DNA of 64,000 nucleotides, from the NCBI GenBank assembly GCA_964504665.1, contig CAZDEH010000003.1, positions 1,140 to 65,139 on the forward strand. Reading direction: 5' to 3'. Positions 39,174 to 47,872 of the stretch are shown in pieces (position 1 is the stretch's first letter; each line of letters starts with the position of its first letter). Source of the stretch: an uncultured Gammaproteobacteria bacterium. GTDB lineage: Bacteria; Patescibacteriota; Microgenomatia; Daviesbacterales; UBA10151. A program made the position numbers and the translations under genes. The notes under the pieces were generated by a model. It did not search any database. It saw nothing but the letters and a program-made list of their open reading frames with translations, and was not told where the DNA came from.

Positions 39174-39467
39174 ATGAAAGTTATCAAATCTGCTTTAGAG
39201 TTTGTATGGGATAAAGGAAATAGTGGAAAAAACTTAAAACATAAAGTAGAAGATCAGGAAGCAGAGGAACCGTTTCTTGATGAAAATAAAGTAATTTACA
39301 AAGATCTACTCCCCTCTGAAAAGGAGAACCGGTTTATTTTAGTTGGAAAGAGCAAACAAGACAGATTATTATTTATATCTTTTACATATAGAAATAATAA
39401 AATTAGAATAATTTCAGCAAGAGATATTAATAGAAAGGAGGTGTCAATTTATGAAAAAGCCATTTAA
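39174..39467 (+). CDS. BrnT-family toxin
   Basis: FVWDKGN..KN.KH, IRIISAR. Confidence 0.92.
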   Translation: MKVIKSALEFVWDKGNSGKNLKHKVEDQEAEEPFLDENKVIYKDLLPSEKENRFILVGKSKQDRLLFISFTYRNNKIRIISARDINRKEVSIYEKAI

Positions 39468-39717
39468 ATTACCTAAATTTAAAAACGAAGATGAGGAAAG
39501 AGAATTTTGGTGGAAGATAGATCTTTCCGAATATTTTGAGCCTTCAGATTTTGAAAGAGTAAGTTTTCCAAACTTAAAACCTACTTCAAGATCTATTTCT
39601 ATTAGAATTCCAGAATATCTTTTAAATAGAGTTAAAGAGAAGGCTAACCAGATCAATATTCCTTACCAATCTCTAATCAAGGAATATATTCAAAAAGGAG
39701 TTTTTTCTAATGAGTAG
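39451..39717 (+). CDS. BrnA/CopG-like antitoxin
   Basis: PKFKNEDEEREFW, ISIR...IPYQSLIK. Confidence 0.9.
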   Translation: MKKPFKLPKFKNEDEEREFWWKIDLSEYFEPSDFERVSFPNLKPTSRSISIRIPEYLLNRVKEKANQINIPYQSLIKEYIQKGVFSNE

Positions 39718-39802
39718 GCCGAGATACATCGATAACATTTCTAAGTTAGATGTATTTATTAATAAATACACTATACAATCCTAAAAGCATCCTAAAAACG
39801 CT

Positions 39803-40617
39803 ATGTCATCAGAGAATAGATTAGTTAGAATACAAGAAATATTAGCAAGAAGAGAAGAACTTATTCCGCTGCTTGATCCAGCAAATGTTATAACAAGAGA
39901 TAAAGCAGCTGTATTTCGACAGATGGAGGAACAGGCTGCTATGGATGTTACATCGGAATTAAAAATAATTGTCGCACCATATGCAACTACTATTCATGCA
40001 ATGATTGCTGATAAATTACATCATCCAGAGGATATTCTTGTGAGAGATAAGGATAAACGTATCCAATTTTCAATGGTAAGTTCAGATCCCGATTTTATAA
40101 CCTTAGTCACCATGAAGTTACAGCAAATTAAAATGTCAGAGAAAAAAGAATTAATATGTAAAGAAGTTGTTTTTGGGGAAATTCCAACGAGCTGTTTTAC
40201 TCCATTTACAGAAAATTTTATAGACGTTCGATTTTTGAACCAATTATGTACGATTTACACTGGTACCATTATATACCTCAATTTTTTAAATATCTTACTA
40301 CAATAGCTTTCTCAAAAACAGGTTCTCTTGATTTTATCTTTTATGATAATGGGGAAATGAGATACCACCCTACTTTTTATACACTTGCAAAAGATAGGTT
40401 TATCTCAGGGTCTGTTTCTCAAAGAGCTGTTAATAGTAAATACGGCACTGATTATAGACAGGATACTGAATATAGATATCGATACTGCCAAGATGGTTTG
40501 TTTCGTCGTGAACCAGTTACCAATGAAACTCTAACAATACAAGAAGAGGTTGGTACTATTCTCCTACAGTTACCTTTTACAGGCTTTGATGTTTCCTCGT
40601 TTAGACAACTAAAATAA
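39803..40617 (+). pseudogene. Hypothetical gene apparently frameshifted (ORFs 39803-40306 and 40246-40617)
   Basis: Two overlapping same-strand ORFs in different frames. Confidence 0.45.
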
Positions 40618-40685
40618 TACAAACAAAAAAACAAACAAAAACCGTATTGACATTTTTATAAGCTGAATAATATACTTAATAAAAT

Positions 40686-41210
40686 ATGAGCGCTGAAAAT
40701 AGAAGTGAAGAATTAACTGTTATTATTATGGGGTCTGGTGGTGATGAAAAGCACGCTGATGTAATAGCAGCGGTTATGCAAAAATTTGGAGTAGATTATG
40801 TCAAAAGGGTAGGCTCTGCTCATAAAACTCCTAAGCATGTTTTAGGAATAGTAAACAAATATGATGCTTTAGTAGATAGACGAATCGCTTATATTACCGT
40901 CGCAGGTCGAGCTGATGCCTTAAGTGCTTTTGTGGATGGCGCTTCTTCCAATCCTGTCACCGCAGCTCCTCCTTATGGTGAAAAATATGCCGGGCAGGAT
41001 GTTTTATCCTCACTACGGGTTCCTTCTGGTATTGGCACTGCTGTTTGTATTGAAGCAGAAGCTGCTGCTTTACATACAATAAAAATATTTGCCTTAAGCA
41101 ACCCCAAACTCAGACATGCTTTAGATGAGTACCACCTACAGTCTGCTCTTAAAGTTACTTCTGCTGATGCTAGAATGCAGGTACAAAATCAAACTAGAGG
41201 AGTTGAATAA
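40686..41210 (+). CDS. purE: AIR carboxylase / N5-CAIR mutase family protein
   Basis: IIMGS..D, SAHKTP, AGR..AL, SSLRVPSG. Confidence 0.85.
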   Translation: MSAENRSEELTVIIMGSGGDEKHADVIAAVMQKFGVDYVKRVGSAHKTPKHVLGIVNKYDALVDRRIAYITVAGRADALSAFVDGASSNPVTAAPPYGEKYAGQDVLSSLRVPSGIGTAVCIEAEAAALHTIKIFALSNPKLRHALDEYHLQSALKVTSADARMQVQNQTRGVE

Positions 41211-41246
41211 ATTCTGGTCTTAAGTGTAAAAAACCGCTAAAATCCA

Positions 41247-41275
41247 TTGACAATTGTTACTCTTACTAGTACAAT
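41247..41275 (+). promoter_or_regulatory. rplJL promoter
   Basis: TTGACA-17-TACAAT. Confidence 0.75.
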
Positions 41276-41299
41276 ATCAAAGCTTAAGAAAGTGAGCAT

Positions 41300-41432
41300 G
41301 TTATAAGTCTCACCGAGGCGAATGAAATAGCTATCAGTCATCAGCTATCAGCTTTCAGATATCTTTTTTGTCTGAAGACTGAAGACTGACTACTGAAGAC
41401 TACCAAATACCTCGCTTAAGCGGGGTTTTTTA
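41300..41432 (+). promoter_or_regulatory. L10 leader-like attenuator containing a heptamer-repeat hairpin
   Basis: CGAGG/CCTCG pairing competes with the terminator CCTCGC-ttaa-GCGGGG-T6, directly upstream of rplJ. Confidence 0.6.
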
Positions 41433-41440
41433 ATATCAAA

Positions 41441-41971
41441 ATGAAGACAAGAGCACAAAAAGAAGAATCTGTAAAAAATCTGACTGAAAAGTTCAGGTCT
41501 GCTAAATCTGTAGTTTTTACAGATTATCGTGGGATGACTATGAGTCAACTGTCAAACCTTCGCAATAAACTTACTGAGGCTGATGCACAATTTATTATTA
41601 CTAAAAATACTCTGGTAGATATTTCTTTAAAAGCAGCAGGACTCTTTGGTAAGTCTAATAATATTGCCAAAGGACCTACTGCTACTTTATTTAGTTTTAA
41701 TGATGAAATTTTACCTATCAAAACACTGGCAAAAGCACTACAAGACAACCAAGTAGGTAAATTTAAGGGTGGATTTTTAAACGGAGAATTTATGGAGGCT
41801 CTATCTATTACTAGACTAGCTGAACTGCCAAGTAAACTAGAATTACAAGCCAAAATTGTTGGTTCACTCTCTTCTCCACTTTATGGAATGGTGAATGTCC
41901 TTCAAGGTAACCTAAGAAATTTAGTATATGCACTCGATCAAATTAGAATCTCGAAAGGTGGTGAACTTTAG
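41441..41971 (+). CDS. rplJ: 50S ribosomal protein L10
   Basis: DYRGMT, KNTL, GPTA, LAELPS. Confidence 0.97.
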   Translation: MKTRAQKEESVKNLTEKFRSAKSVVFTDYRGMTMSQLSNLRNKLTEADAQFIITKNTLVDISLKAAGLFGKSNNIAKGPTATLFSFNDEILPIKTLAKALQDNQVGKFKGGFLNGEFMEALSITRLAELPSKLELQAKIVGSLSSPLYGMVNVLQGNLRNLVYALDQIRISKGGEL

Positions 41972-41975
41972 ATAT

Positions 41976-42542
41976 ATGTCAGATGATACACAAGAAAATG
42001 TACAAGAAGAAAAAATTGAAGAAGCTGTAGAACAAGCAACTGAATCTGCTGAAGAAGCTAAAGAGGCTGTTGAAGAAGTTAAAGAAACAGTCGCAGAGAT
42101 TAAAGAGGAAATCAAAACAGACGCACCAAAAACTTCCAAAAAAGCTTCTAAAGCAGTTTCTAAAGACTTAGAAAAAATTATTGAGCAAATTGAAAAATTG
42201 ACAGTTTTAGAACTGGCTGATTTAGTTCATGCCTTAGAAGAAAAGTTTGGTGTGAGTGCCGCTGCTCCTATGGCAGTAGCTACTGCAGGCGCTGCTCCAG
42301 CTAATGGCGCAGAACCAGTGGAAGAAAAAACTACCTTTAATGTCATTTTAAGCTCTGGTGGAGCTAACAAAATAGCTGCTATTAAAGCAGTGAGAGAAAT
42401 TGTACCAACACTTGGCTTAAAAGAAGCGAAAGATTTAGTTGAAGCTGCTCCAAAACCAGTCTTAGAAAGTGTTAACAAAGCTACAGCTGAAGAAGCAAAG
42501 GCAAAATTAACAGCAGCTGGTGCAACCGTAGAATTACAGTAA
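41976..42542 (+). CDS. rplL: 50S ribosomal protein L7/L12 with acidic N-terminal extension
   Basis: [32 protein letters not shown]. Confidence 0.97.
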   Translation: MSDDTQENVQEEKIEEAVEQATESAEEAKEAVEEVKETVAEIKEEIKTDAPKTSKKASKAVSKDLEKIIEQIEKLTVLELADLVHALEEKFGVSAAAPMAVATAGAAPANGAEPVEEKTTFNVILSSGGANKIAAIKAVREIVPTLGLKEAKDLVEAAPKPVLESVNKATAEEAKAKLTAAGATVELQ

Positions 42543-42557
42543 ACCTTGCAATCAATT

Positions 42558-42609
42558 AAGCTTCTGGATATGAGTTTTTAGATCTAAAATCCATAACAGA
42601 AGCTTTTTT
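42558..42609 (+). terminator. Terminator after rplL
   Basis: AAGCTTCTG...CAGAAGCTT long hairpin followed by a T run. Confidence 0.65.
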
Positions 42610-42688
42610 GTATTTCTGAGGCTCCAATGAAAAATAGATTCTAAAACTGTTGACAAGTACCCTATAACATGGTAAGATTCTGACTATT

Positions 42689-43375
42689 ATGATTGAGAGA
42701 GCTTTTGAAGAAGCACAATTACATCAGGATAATAAAGGAAACGCTACTAGGCGGTTTGCTATTGAGCAAGCTTGGAATCTATTAAGAGCTGCTGGGGTAA
42801 CTGATCCTGCTATTACCGATCAGGCTGTAGCTACAAGACTCCAAAGAGCAGTAGAATCTCTATATTTTATCACTGAAGGATTGGGAGTAAGAAGCATTCT
42901 GGATATTGGGGGTAAGTCAGTAGATCGACTAGAAGCTGATGTCAAAAGGGTAAGAAATATAGGCGGATATGCTTCAGATGTGGTGCATAATCCTAAATTT
43001 ACGACTCTTGAGAAAGTTACACCCATAGAAATAATTAAACTACCAGTTTCTGCTTTAGGATTGGATGGTACTCCTACTACCAAACAAGTTCTTGGAAGAA
43101 TCCCACAATGTAGAGTAGGAGATATGGCTTTAGAGCTTTGTCCTGTAGAAGTAGGACTACATCTGGCGATAAAAGATACAGAACAACCTTTAAGTGACTG
43201 TTACTATATTATGCACGAACCAATTCCCGACCGTCACGGCTCTCCGCTCGTGTTCGGGCTGGAGCGTGACGCTCGCGGACTTTGGTTGAGCGTTTCTTGG
43301 GCTAGACCTGACCGCAGGTGGCTTCCTGAGTATCAGTTAGTTTGTGCTCTCCGAAGGTTGCAGTACTGCGTTTGA
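42689..43375 (+). CDS. Putative DGR target protein (C-type-lectin-like variable C-terminus)
   Basis: LELCPVEVG.HL...QP...HEPI.D..G.P.VF.L.....GLWL...WA.PD..W pattern, adenine-poor 3' end. Confidence 0.65.
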   Translation: MIERAFEEAQLHQDNKGNATRRFAIEQAWNLLRAAGVTDPAITDQAVATRLQRAVESLYFITEGLGVRSILDIGGKSVDRLEADVKRVRNIGGYASDVVHNPKFTTLEKVTPIEIIKLPVSALGLDGTPTTKQVLGRIPQCRVGDMALELCPVEVGLHLAIKDTEQPLSDCYYIMHEPIPDRHGSPLVFGLERDARGLWLSVSWARPDRRWLPEYQLVCALRRLQYCV

Positions 43376-43377
43376 AC

Positions 43378-43614
43378 AATAAACTGTCTTAAGAAAAAGT
43401 ACTTTTCTTTTGGAATCTATCACATAAGGTACAGCATAAGCATATTCTTCTCTCTTTATTACCAATATTCTTTGGTAAGTATATTTTTTATTAGCATGTA
43501 TTAAATCATCTATTATCTTTTTTCTTCAATAGTAACGATAACATCCTCAAGCCCTATCTATCTCGTTTCTTTTAGTAACAGATTTTTCTCCTCAGAGAAC
43601 TCAATTCTATAACC
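43378..43614 (-). pseudogene. Decayed BrnT-like toxin gene
   Basis: IEFSEEKNLLLKETR*IGLEDVI...YAVPYV...FLKTVY, TAG at 43558-43560, truncated 3' end. Confidence 0.65.
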
Positions 43615-43728
43615 TTAAAAAGGTTTCAAGCTTTGCTTATAACCTTTATAATTCACAAGTATATTATACTTTTTTGTACATACTTTATCAATACTAAAAG
43701 AGGAACTTCTTTAGTATTTCCCAGTAGC

Positions 43729-43827
43729 GTCATTGCGAGGAGGGAGTATCCAACCGACATGGCAATCTTCCGGGCAAAATGATTAATATCCTGCCATGGA
43801 AGATTCCTCGGTTGCACTCGGAATGAC
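43729..43827. repeat. Palindromic MITE/REP-like element (GTCATTGCGAG...CTCGGAATGAC)
   Basis: Terminal inverted repeat plus internal AATCTTCC/GGAAGATT stem. Confidence 0.7.
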
Positions 43828-43867
43828 AAATCTGCCGGGAAGAACTAATTAGTTACTACAACGGAGG

Positions 43868-44785
43868 TTATGGAAGCAAACCGACATCTCTGAGGATTTT
43901 AGTGAGTTTTGAATAATCAAACACATTAACTACCCCATCTTGATTCATGTCTGCTTTCAGAGTACCTTGACCTTGACTACCCCAGGCAGAAAGAAGCACA
44001 CTTAAATCCTGCAAGTCTACTTTTGTGTCCTGATTAACATCTCCTTCCAGAGACCCTATTGGAGTAGGGGTTAAGGTAGGAGAAGGCAACACCTCTATCG
44101 TGGGAGTCACAGTTGATGAAGGAGATGCAATCGGCGTTTCCCCCAAAATTTTGATAGTGACTCCTGTTTTGGAAGATAAAATATTGGCATTATCCGAGTT
44201 TCGATAAATTGTGGAAGTATCATTAAAGGAAATAGTAGCCTCCCCAGGAGATTTAGGGGTAAAAATTACATCTGCCATAGCAGAACCGCTTGATTCAGGC
44301 TGTGACTGAAAACCAGGGTTAGGCACACCTCCTACTAAACTAACAGATCCGGTCTCGTTATCAATAGTGTTTTCCACCCAATTACTAATAAACCAATTTT
44401 TGATAAACCCACTTGCTGTGGCTTCTGATCGGAGGTCAATACTTTTAGCCTGAAGAATATTGTTGGGAAATTTTAATTTGGCTACAAATAGATTTGCACT
44501 GTCATTATCTGATTTAACTAAAACAGATACCTTAATTTGGCCTCCCAGGGTAGCTTCTGTAGGACTTGCATTTAAAATAAAGCTAGCACCGTGTGAGGAT
44601 ACCGGGGGCACCTGAGGCTCTTCCTGGGGCTTTGGCTTTGCTTTTAAAAAATATGCTGCACCTAAAATTACTATAAGAAGCAACAATATACCAACTGCCA
44701 GAATCATTTTTTTTGGAATAACAGCACTGGGTTTTTTCTTTATACCAGGATCTATGAGAGTTGTTTGGGGCAGTTGTTGATCCAT
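43868..44785 (-). CDS. Membrane-anchored cohesin plus dockerin protein
   Basis: TM, cohesin-like beta sandwich, PT linker, GDVNQDTKVDLQD and ADMNQDGVVNVFD. Confidence 0.85.
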   Translation of the reverse strand: MDQQLPQTTLIDPGIKKKPSAVIPKKMILAVGILLLLIVILGAAYFLKAKPKPQEEPQVPPVSSHGASFILNASPTEATLGGQIKVSVLVKSDNDSANLFVAKLKFPNNILQAKSIDLRSEATASGFIKNWFISNWVENTIDNETGSVSLVGGVPNPGFQSQPESSGSAMADVIFTPKSPGEATISFNDTSTIYRNSDNANILSSKTGVTIKILGETPIASPSSTVTPTIEVLPSPTLTPTPIGSLEGDVNQDTKVDLQDLSVLLSAWGSQGQGTLKADMNQDGVVNVFDYSKLTKILRDVGLLP

Positions 44786-44951
44786 TAATTTAAGTATAGG
44801 AGGCATGGCGTGGTTTCGCAACTCTTTAAGATCCGGAACACTTTAATAGCTCTTTTGCGATCAATTAACTACTTTAAATATATCTTTTCTATCTAATATT
44901 AAGTTCTACTCTTGACACTGTCTGAAGATGTGTGATATAAATTTTACTAGT

Positions 44952-45167
44952 ATGGCAGAGAAAATTTCACTCGAAAATCTCCCGGATTTATTAACAGTCA
45001 AAGAAGTAGCAGAAGTACTGCGTGTTTCTCCACTCACTATAAAAAGGTGGGGTAAAAGAGGAAAACTTCCTGCTATTAGAATCAATTCCAGAGGTGATAG
45101 AAGATATAAGAAAGAAGCTGTTCTTTGGCTCTTAGGAATTACTCAGAAAGTAGCTTCTGTTGTTTAA
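44952..45167 (+). CDS. Stand-alone MerR/excisionase-type (BldC-like) HTH protein
   Basis: LLTVKEVAEVLRVSPLTIKRW...GKL...RGDRRY. Confidence 0.9.
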   Translation: MAEKISLENLPDLLTVKEVAEVLRVSPLTIKRWGKRGKLPAIRINSRGDRRYKKEAVLWLLGITQKVASVV

Positions 45168-45217
45168 TTAAAACTATATAAAAAAGGGGGTTCTCTCAAA
45201 AAGACAGTTCGCTCACT

Positions 45218-45314
45218 TTAACTGACGGAATAATTCTTAGTGGCAAACCTGTCAAGGTCAGTTTTAGTAGCAAAAACTGTTTTTAAGTTTTTTAACATCA
45301 ATATCAGTAATCAT
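45218..45314 (-). pseudogene. Remnant of a small coiled-coil gene
   Basis: MITDIDVKKLK, then a frameshift in an A run, then TVFATKTDLDRFATK. Confidence 0.4.
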
Positions 45315-45445
45315 AAAAAATAATATACCAAAAAAAAGTTGTAATATCCAAGAGAGACAAAAGAGATTAAAATTATTTGACTAAATCAGCACTCGGAATA
45401 ATATATTGCTAATACTACTAGATTAGATTTTTGGGAGAGTGTAAA

Positions 45446-45955
45446 CTACACCGTAGAGATCTGGGGATGGATATGATAGTTAGGATTTGGCTCAAATCCC
45501 ACCTCACCCTTTTTATCTATGATATAGTATGCCAAACCATGTTTATCTTTAATATCTTTTATACTATTTTCCTGTACCCCTAACGGTGAATTTTCAATCA
45601 CCACTAAATAATTTTTACCGACATTAGCAATAGTGTGTCCATACCCTGCGGGAATTTCAACTATGGATGTGGGTCTTAACCCCACTATTCTAATTTCTTT
45701 AGCTTCCCCATTATCATCATTTCTTTGCATAATCAAAACTCCTTGACCATATACAACATGATAAATTTCCACCTCTTTATAATTATGAAAGTGACCATAA
45801 ATTTTATTAAACTCTATTCCGTTAACACCAGGACTAATGATAATAATATTTTGTCCCCCTTCTCCGGATATTATAAAATACGGTTCTTTTACCCCCGGAG
45901 CTTTGTCATCCATTAGTACATCTTTAAGTTCTTGGTGAGTACAGGCAGTAATCAT
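45446..45955 (-). CDS. Cupin-type glucose-6-phosphate isomerase family protein
   Basis: EFNK.YGHFH, EIY.V..G.G, IPAGYGH..ANVG. Confidence 0.85.
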   Translation of the reverse strand: MITACTHQELKDVLMDDKAPGVKEPYFIISGEGGQNIIIISPGVNGIEFNKIYGHFHNYKEVEIYHVVYGQGVLIMQRNDDNGEAKEIRIVGLRPTSIVEIPAGYGHTIANVGKNYLVVIENSPLGVQENSIKDIKDKHGLAYYIIDKKGEVGFEPNPNYHIHPQISTV

Positions 45956-45987
45956 TTCCTTACTATTTCAGCTTACACAAACCAAAT

Positions 45988-46701
45988 CTATTTAGTCAAG
46001 ACTAACCATAAAAATTTTATCAAAACAGATTGTCTTTTAACTCTCCACGGTTGAAGTATTAGTCTAAATAACCACTCCAAACCTAATACCCTCATCCCCC
46101 ATGGGGCTCTTAATACTTTTCCTGATAGATAATCAAAAGCGCCTCCTATCCCTATTGCCACTTTAACAGGCAATTTATCCAGGTTGTTAACGATCCACTT
46201 TTCCTGCTTAATATGACCAAAACCTACAAATAAAATATCTACACGTAATTTCCTGTGTTTATCACTGGAAAACAAGGCAGTCTCCTTACCATTCTTATCA
46301 ACCATAGGACCATCTTCTGCATATAATATCTTCAGTTTTTGATATTTTTTCCGTAAGCGCTCAGCAGCCTTCTTTGCTACTCCCTTTTTACCACCTAAAA
46401 AGCCTACACTAAAGCCCTTATCGGCTAAAACAAGACAAAGTTTTTCCATCAAATCAATACCAGTAGTGGTGTGTTTAATACTTCTTGATAACTTTAAACC
46501 TACCCCATCAGGAATAGCTAAATCAGCTCTGTTTAGAATCTCTTTAAATTCGGAATCTGTTTGGGCAGCCATAATAAATTCAGGATTTGGAGTAACTACA
46601 TATCTTTTTTTATCTGACTTCAACCAGTTTATCACTATATCAACGGCTTCCTTCAAAGAAACGTCGTCAATGTTTACTCCCAGAATATTTACTTTTTCCA
46701 T
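45988..46701 (-). CDS. WecB/TagA/CpsF glycosyltransferase
   Basis: VTPNPE, PDGVG, KQEKW, GIGGAFD, GLEWLFRL. Confidence 0.95.
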   Translation of the reverse strand: MEKVNILGVNIDDVSLKEAVDIVINWLKSDKKRYVVTPNPEFIMAAQTDSEFKEILNRADLAIPDGVGLKLSRSIKHTTTGIDLMEKLCLVLADKGFSVGFLGGKKGVAKKAAERLRKKYQKLKILYAEDGPMVDKNGKETALFSSDKHRKLRVDILFVGFGHIKQEKWIVNNLDKLPVKVAIGIGGAFDYLSGKVLRAPWGMRVLGLEWLFRLILQPWRVKRQSVLIKFLWLVLTK

Positions 46702-46798
46702 TTTTAAACAGTATATTTATCTATTATACATTATACATTCTGACATATTTAATATATCTTGTGACATGGTGAATGCTAAGGTATAGTGCAAATGTATC

Positions 46799-47821
46799 AT
46801 GTTTAACTTTGGAAAACGTATTGCTATTGATCTTGGAACAGCTAACAGTTTGGTCTATGTGGCAGGAGAAGGAATCATTCTGAACGAACCCACTGTGGTG
46901 GCTGTAGGGACGGATGATAACCGGGTTTTGGCTGTGGGGAATGAAGCCAAAGAGATGCTCGGCCGAACTCCTGGTAATATCACGGCTTCAAGACCGATGC
47001 GAGACGGTGTGATTGCCGATTATGTTATTACTGAAGCAATGCTGCGCTATTTTATCGATAAGGTTTGCGGTCACTCTCGGCTTTTTAAGCCGGAGGTAAT
47101 GATTTGTGTTCCGGCCGGAGTCACCTCAGTTGAGCGAAGAGCGGTGTTGGATGCCACTCTCTCAGCCGGTGCCAAAACTGCTTACCTTATTGATGAACCA
47201 CTTGCAGCCGCAATTGGTGCCAAAATCCCCATTGCCAATCCTTCTGGCAATATGATCGTGGATATAGGTGGAGGTACTGCTGAGGCAGCTGTGATCTGTT
47301 TGGGAGGTGTTGTTGTTCACTCTTCTATCCGTGTTGGTGGAAATAAGATTGATGAGGCTATTGCCTCTGCTATCAGGAAAAAATACAGTTTGATTATAGG
47401 AGAAAATCAGGCTGAAGACGTAAAAATTAAAATTGCCTCTGCCATCCCTATCAAAAGAACCCAGGATGAGAAAACTATGGAAGTCCGTGGTAGAGATAGT
47501 ATTACCGGACTTCCCAGAACTATCATACTTTCAACATCCGAGGTTCATGAGATGATCGAATCCGCTGTTTTAAAAATTATTTCCGCGGTCAAAGGAGTTT
47601 TAGAACAAACTCCTCCGGAGTTAGCCTCAGATATTATTGATAAAGGAATCGTTCTATCCGGAGGTACAGCACTTCTTTGTAATCTGGACAAATTAATGAC
47701 TTCGGCAACAGGTGTCCCTTGTCATGTGGCTGAAAACCCTTTGATGTGTGTAGCTTACGGCACAGGTATGGCCTTAGAAAATCTGGATTTGTATAAGCGT
47801 TCAGTCAGCTCAAAACGCTGA
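46799..47821 (+). CDS. mreB: Rod shape-determining protein MreB
   Basis: IDLGTAN, RPMRDGVIAD, EPLAAAIGA, DIGGGT. Confidence 0.97.
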   Translation: MFNFGKRIAIDLGTANSLVYVAGEGIILNEPTVVAVGTDDNRVLAVGNEAKEMLGRTPGNITASRPMRDGVIADYVITEAMLRYFIDKVCGHSRLFKPEVMICVPAGVTSVERRAVLDATLSAGAKTAYLIDEPLAAAIGAKIPIANPSGNMIVDIGGGTAEAAVICLGGVVVHSSIRVGGNKIDEAIASAIRKKYSLIIGENQAEDVKIKIASAIPIKRTQDEKTMEVRGRDSITGLPRTIILSTSEVHEMIESAVLKIISAVKGVLEQTPPELASDIIDKGIVLSGGTALLCNLDKLMTSATGVPCHVAENPLMCVAYGTGMALENLDLYKRSVSSKR

Positions 47822-47872
47822 CTTCTCGCTTGCGACAAGAGTCTTAAAAAAAGTGTATCAACCAAAAGATAG

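Noticed and set aside
30862-43560. Three single in-frame TAG codons (30862, 35983, 43558) suggesting amber recoding
   Set aside because: TAG ends normal genes here (for example rplJ and brnA). Two of the three affected genes have other lesions, and no suppressor tRNA was seen. Ordinary pseudogenisation is simpler.
46712-46742. ATAATGTATA core resembling dif on the minus strand
   Set aside because: Both arms match poorly. It lies in an AT-rich divergent promoter region.
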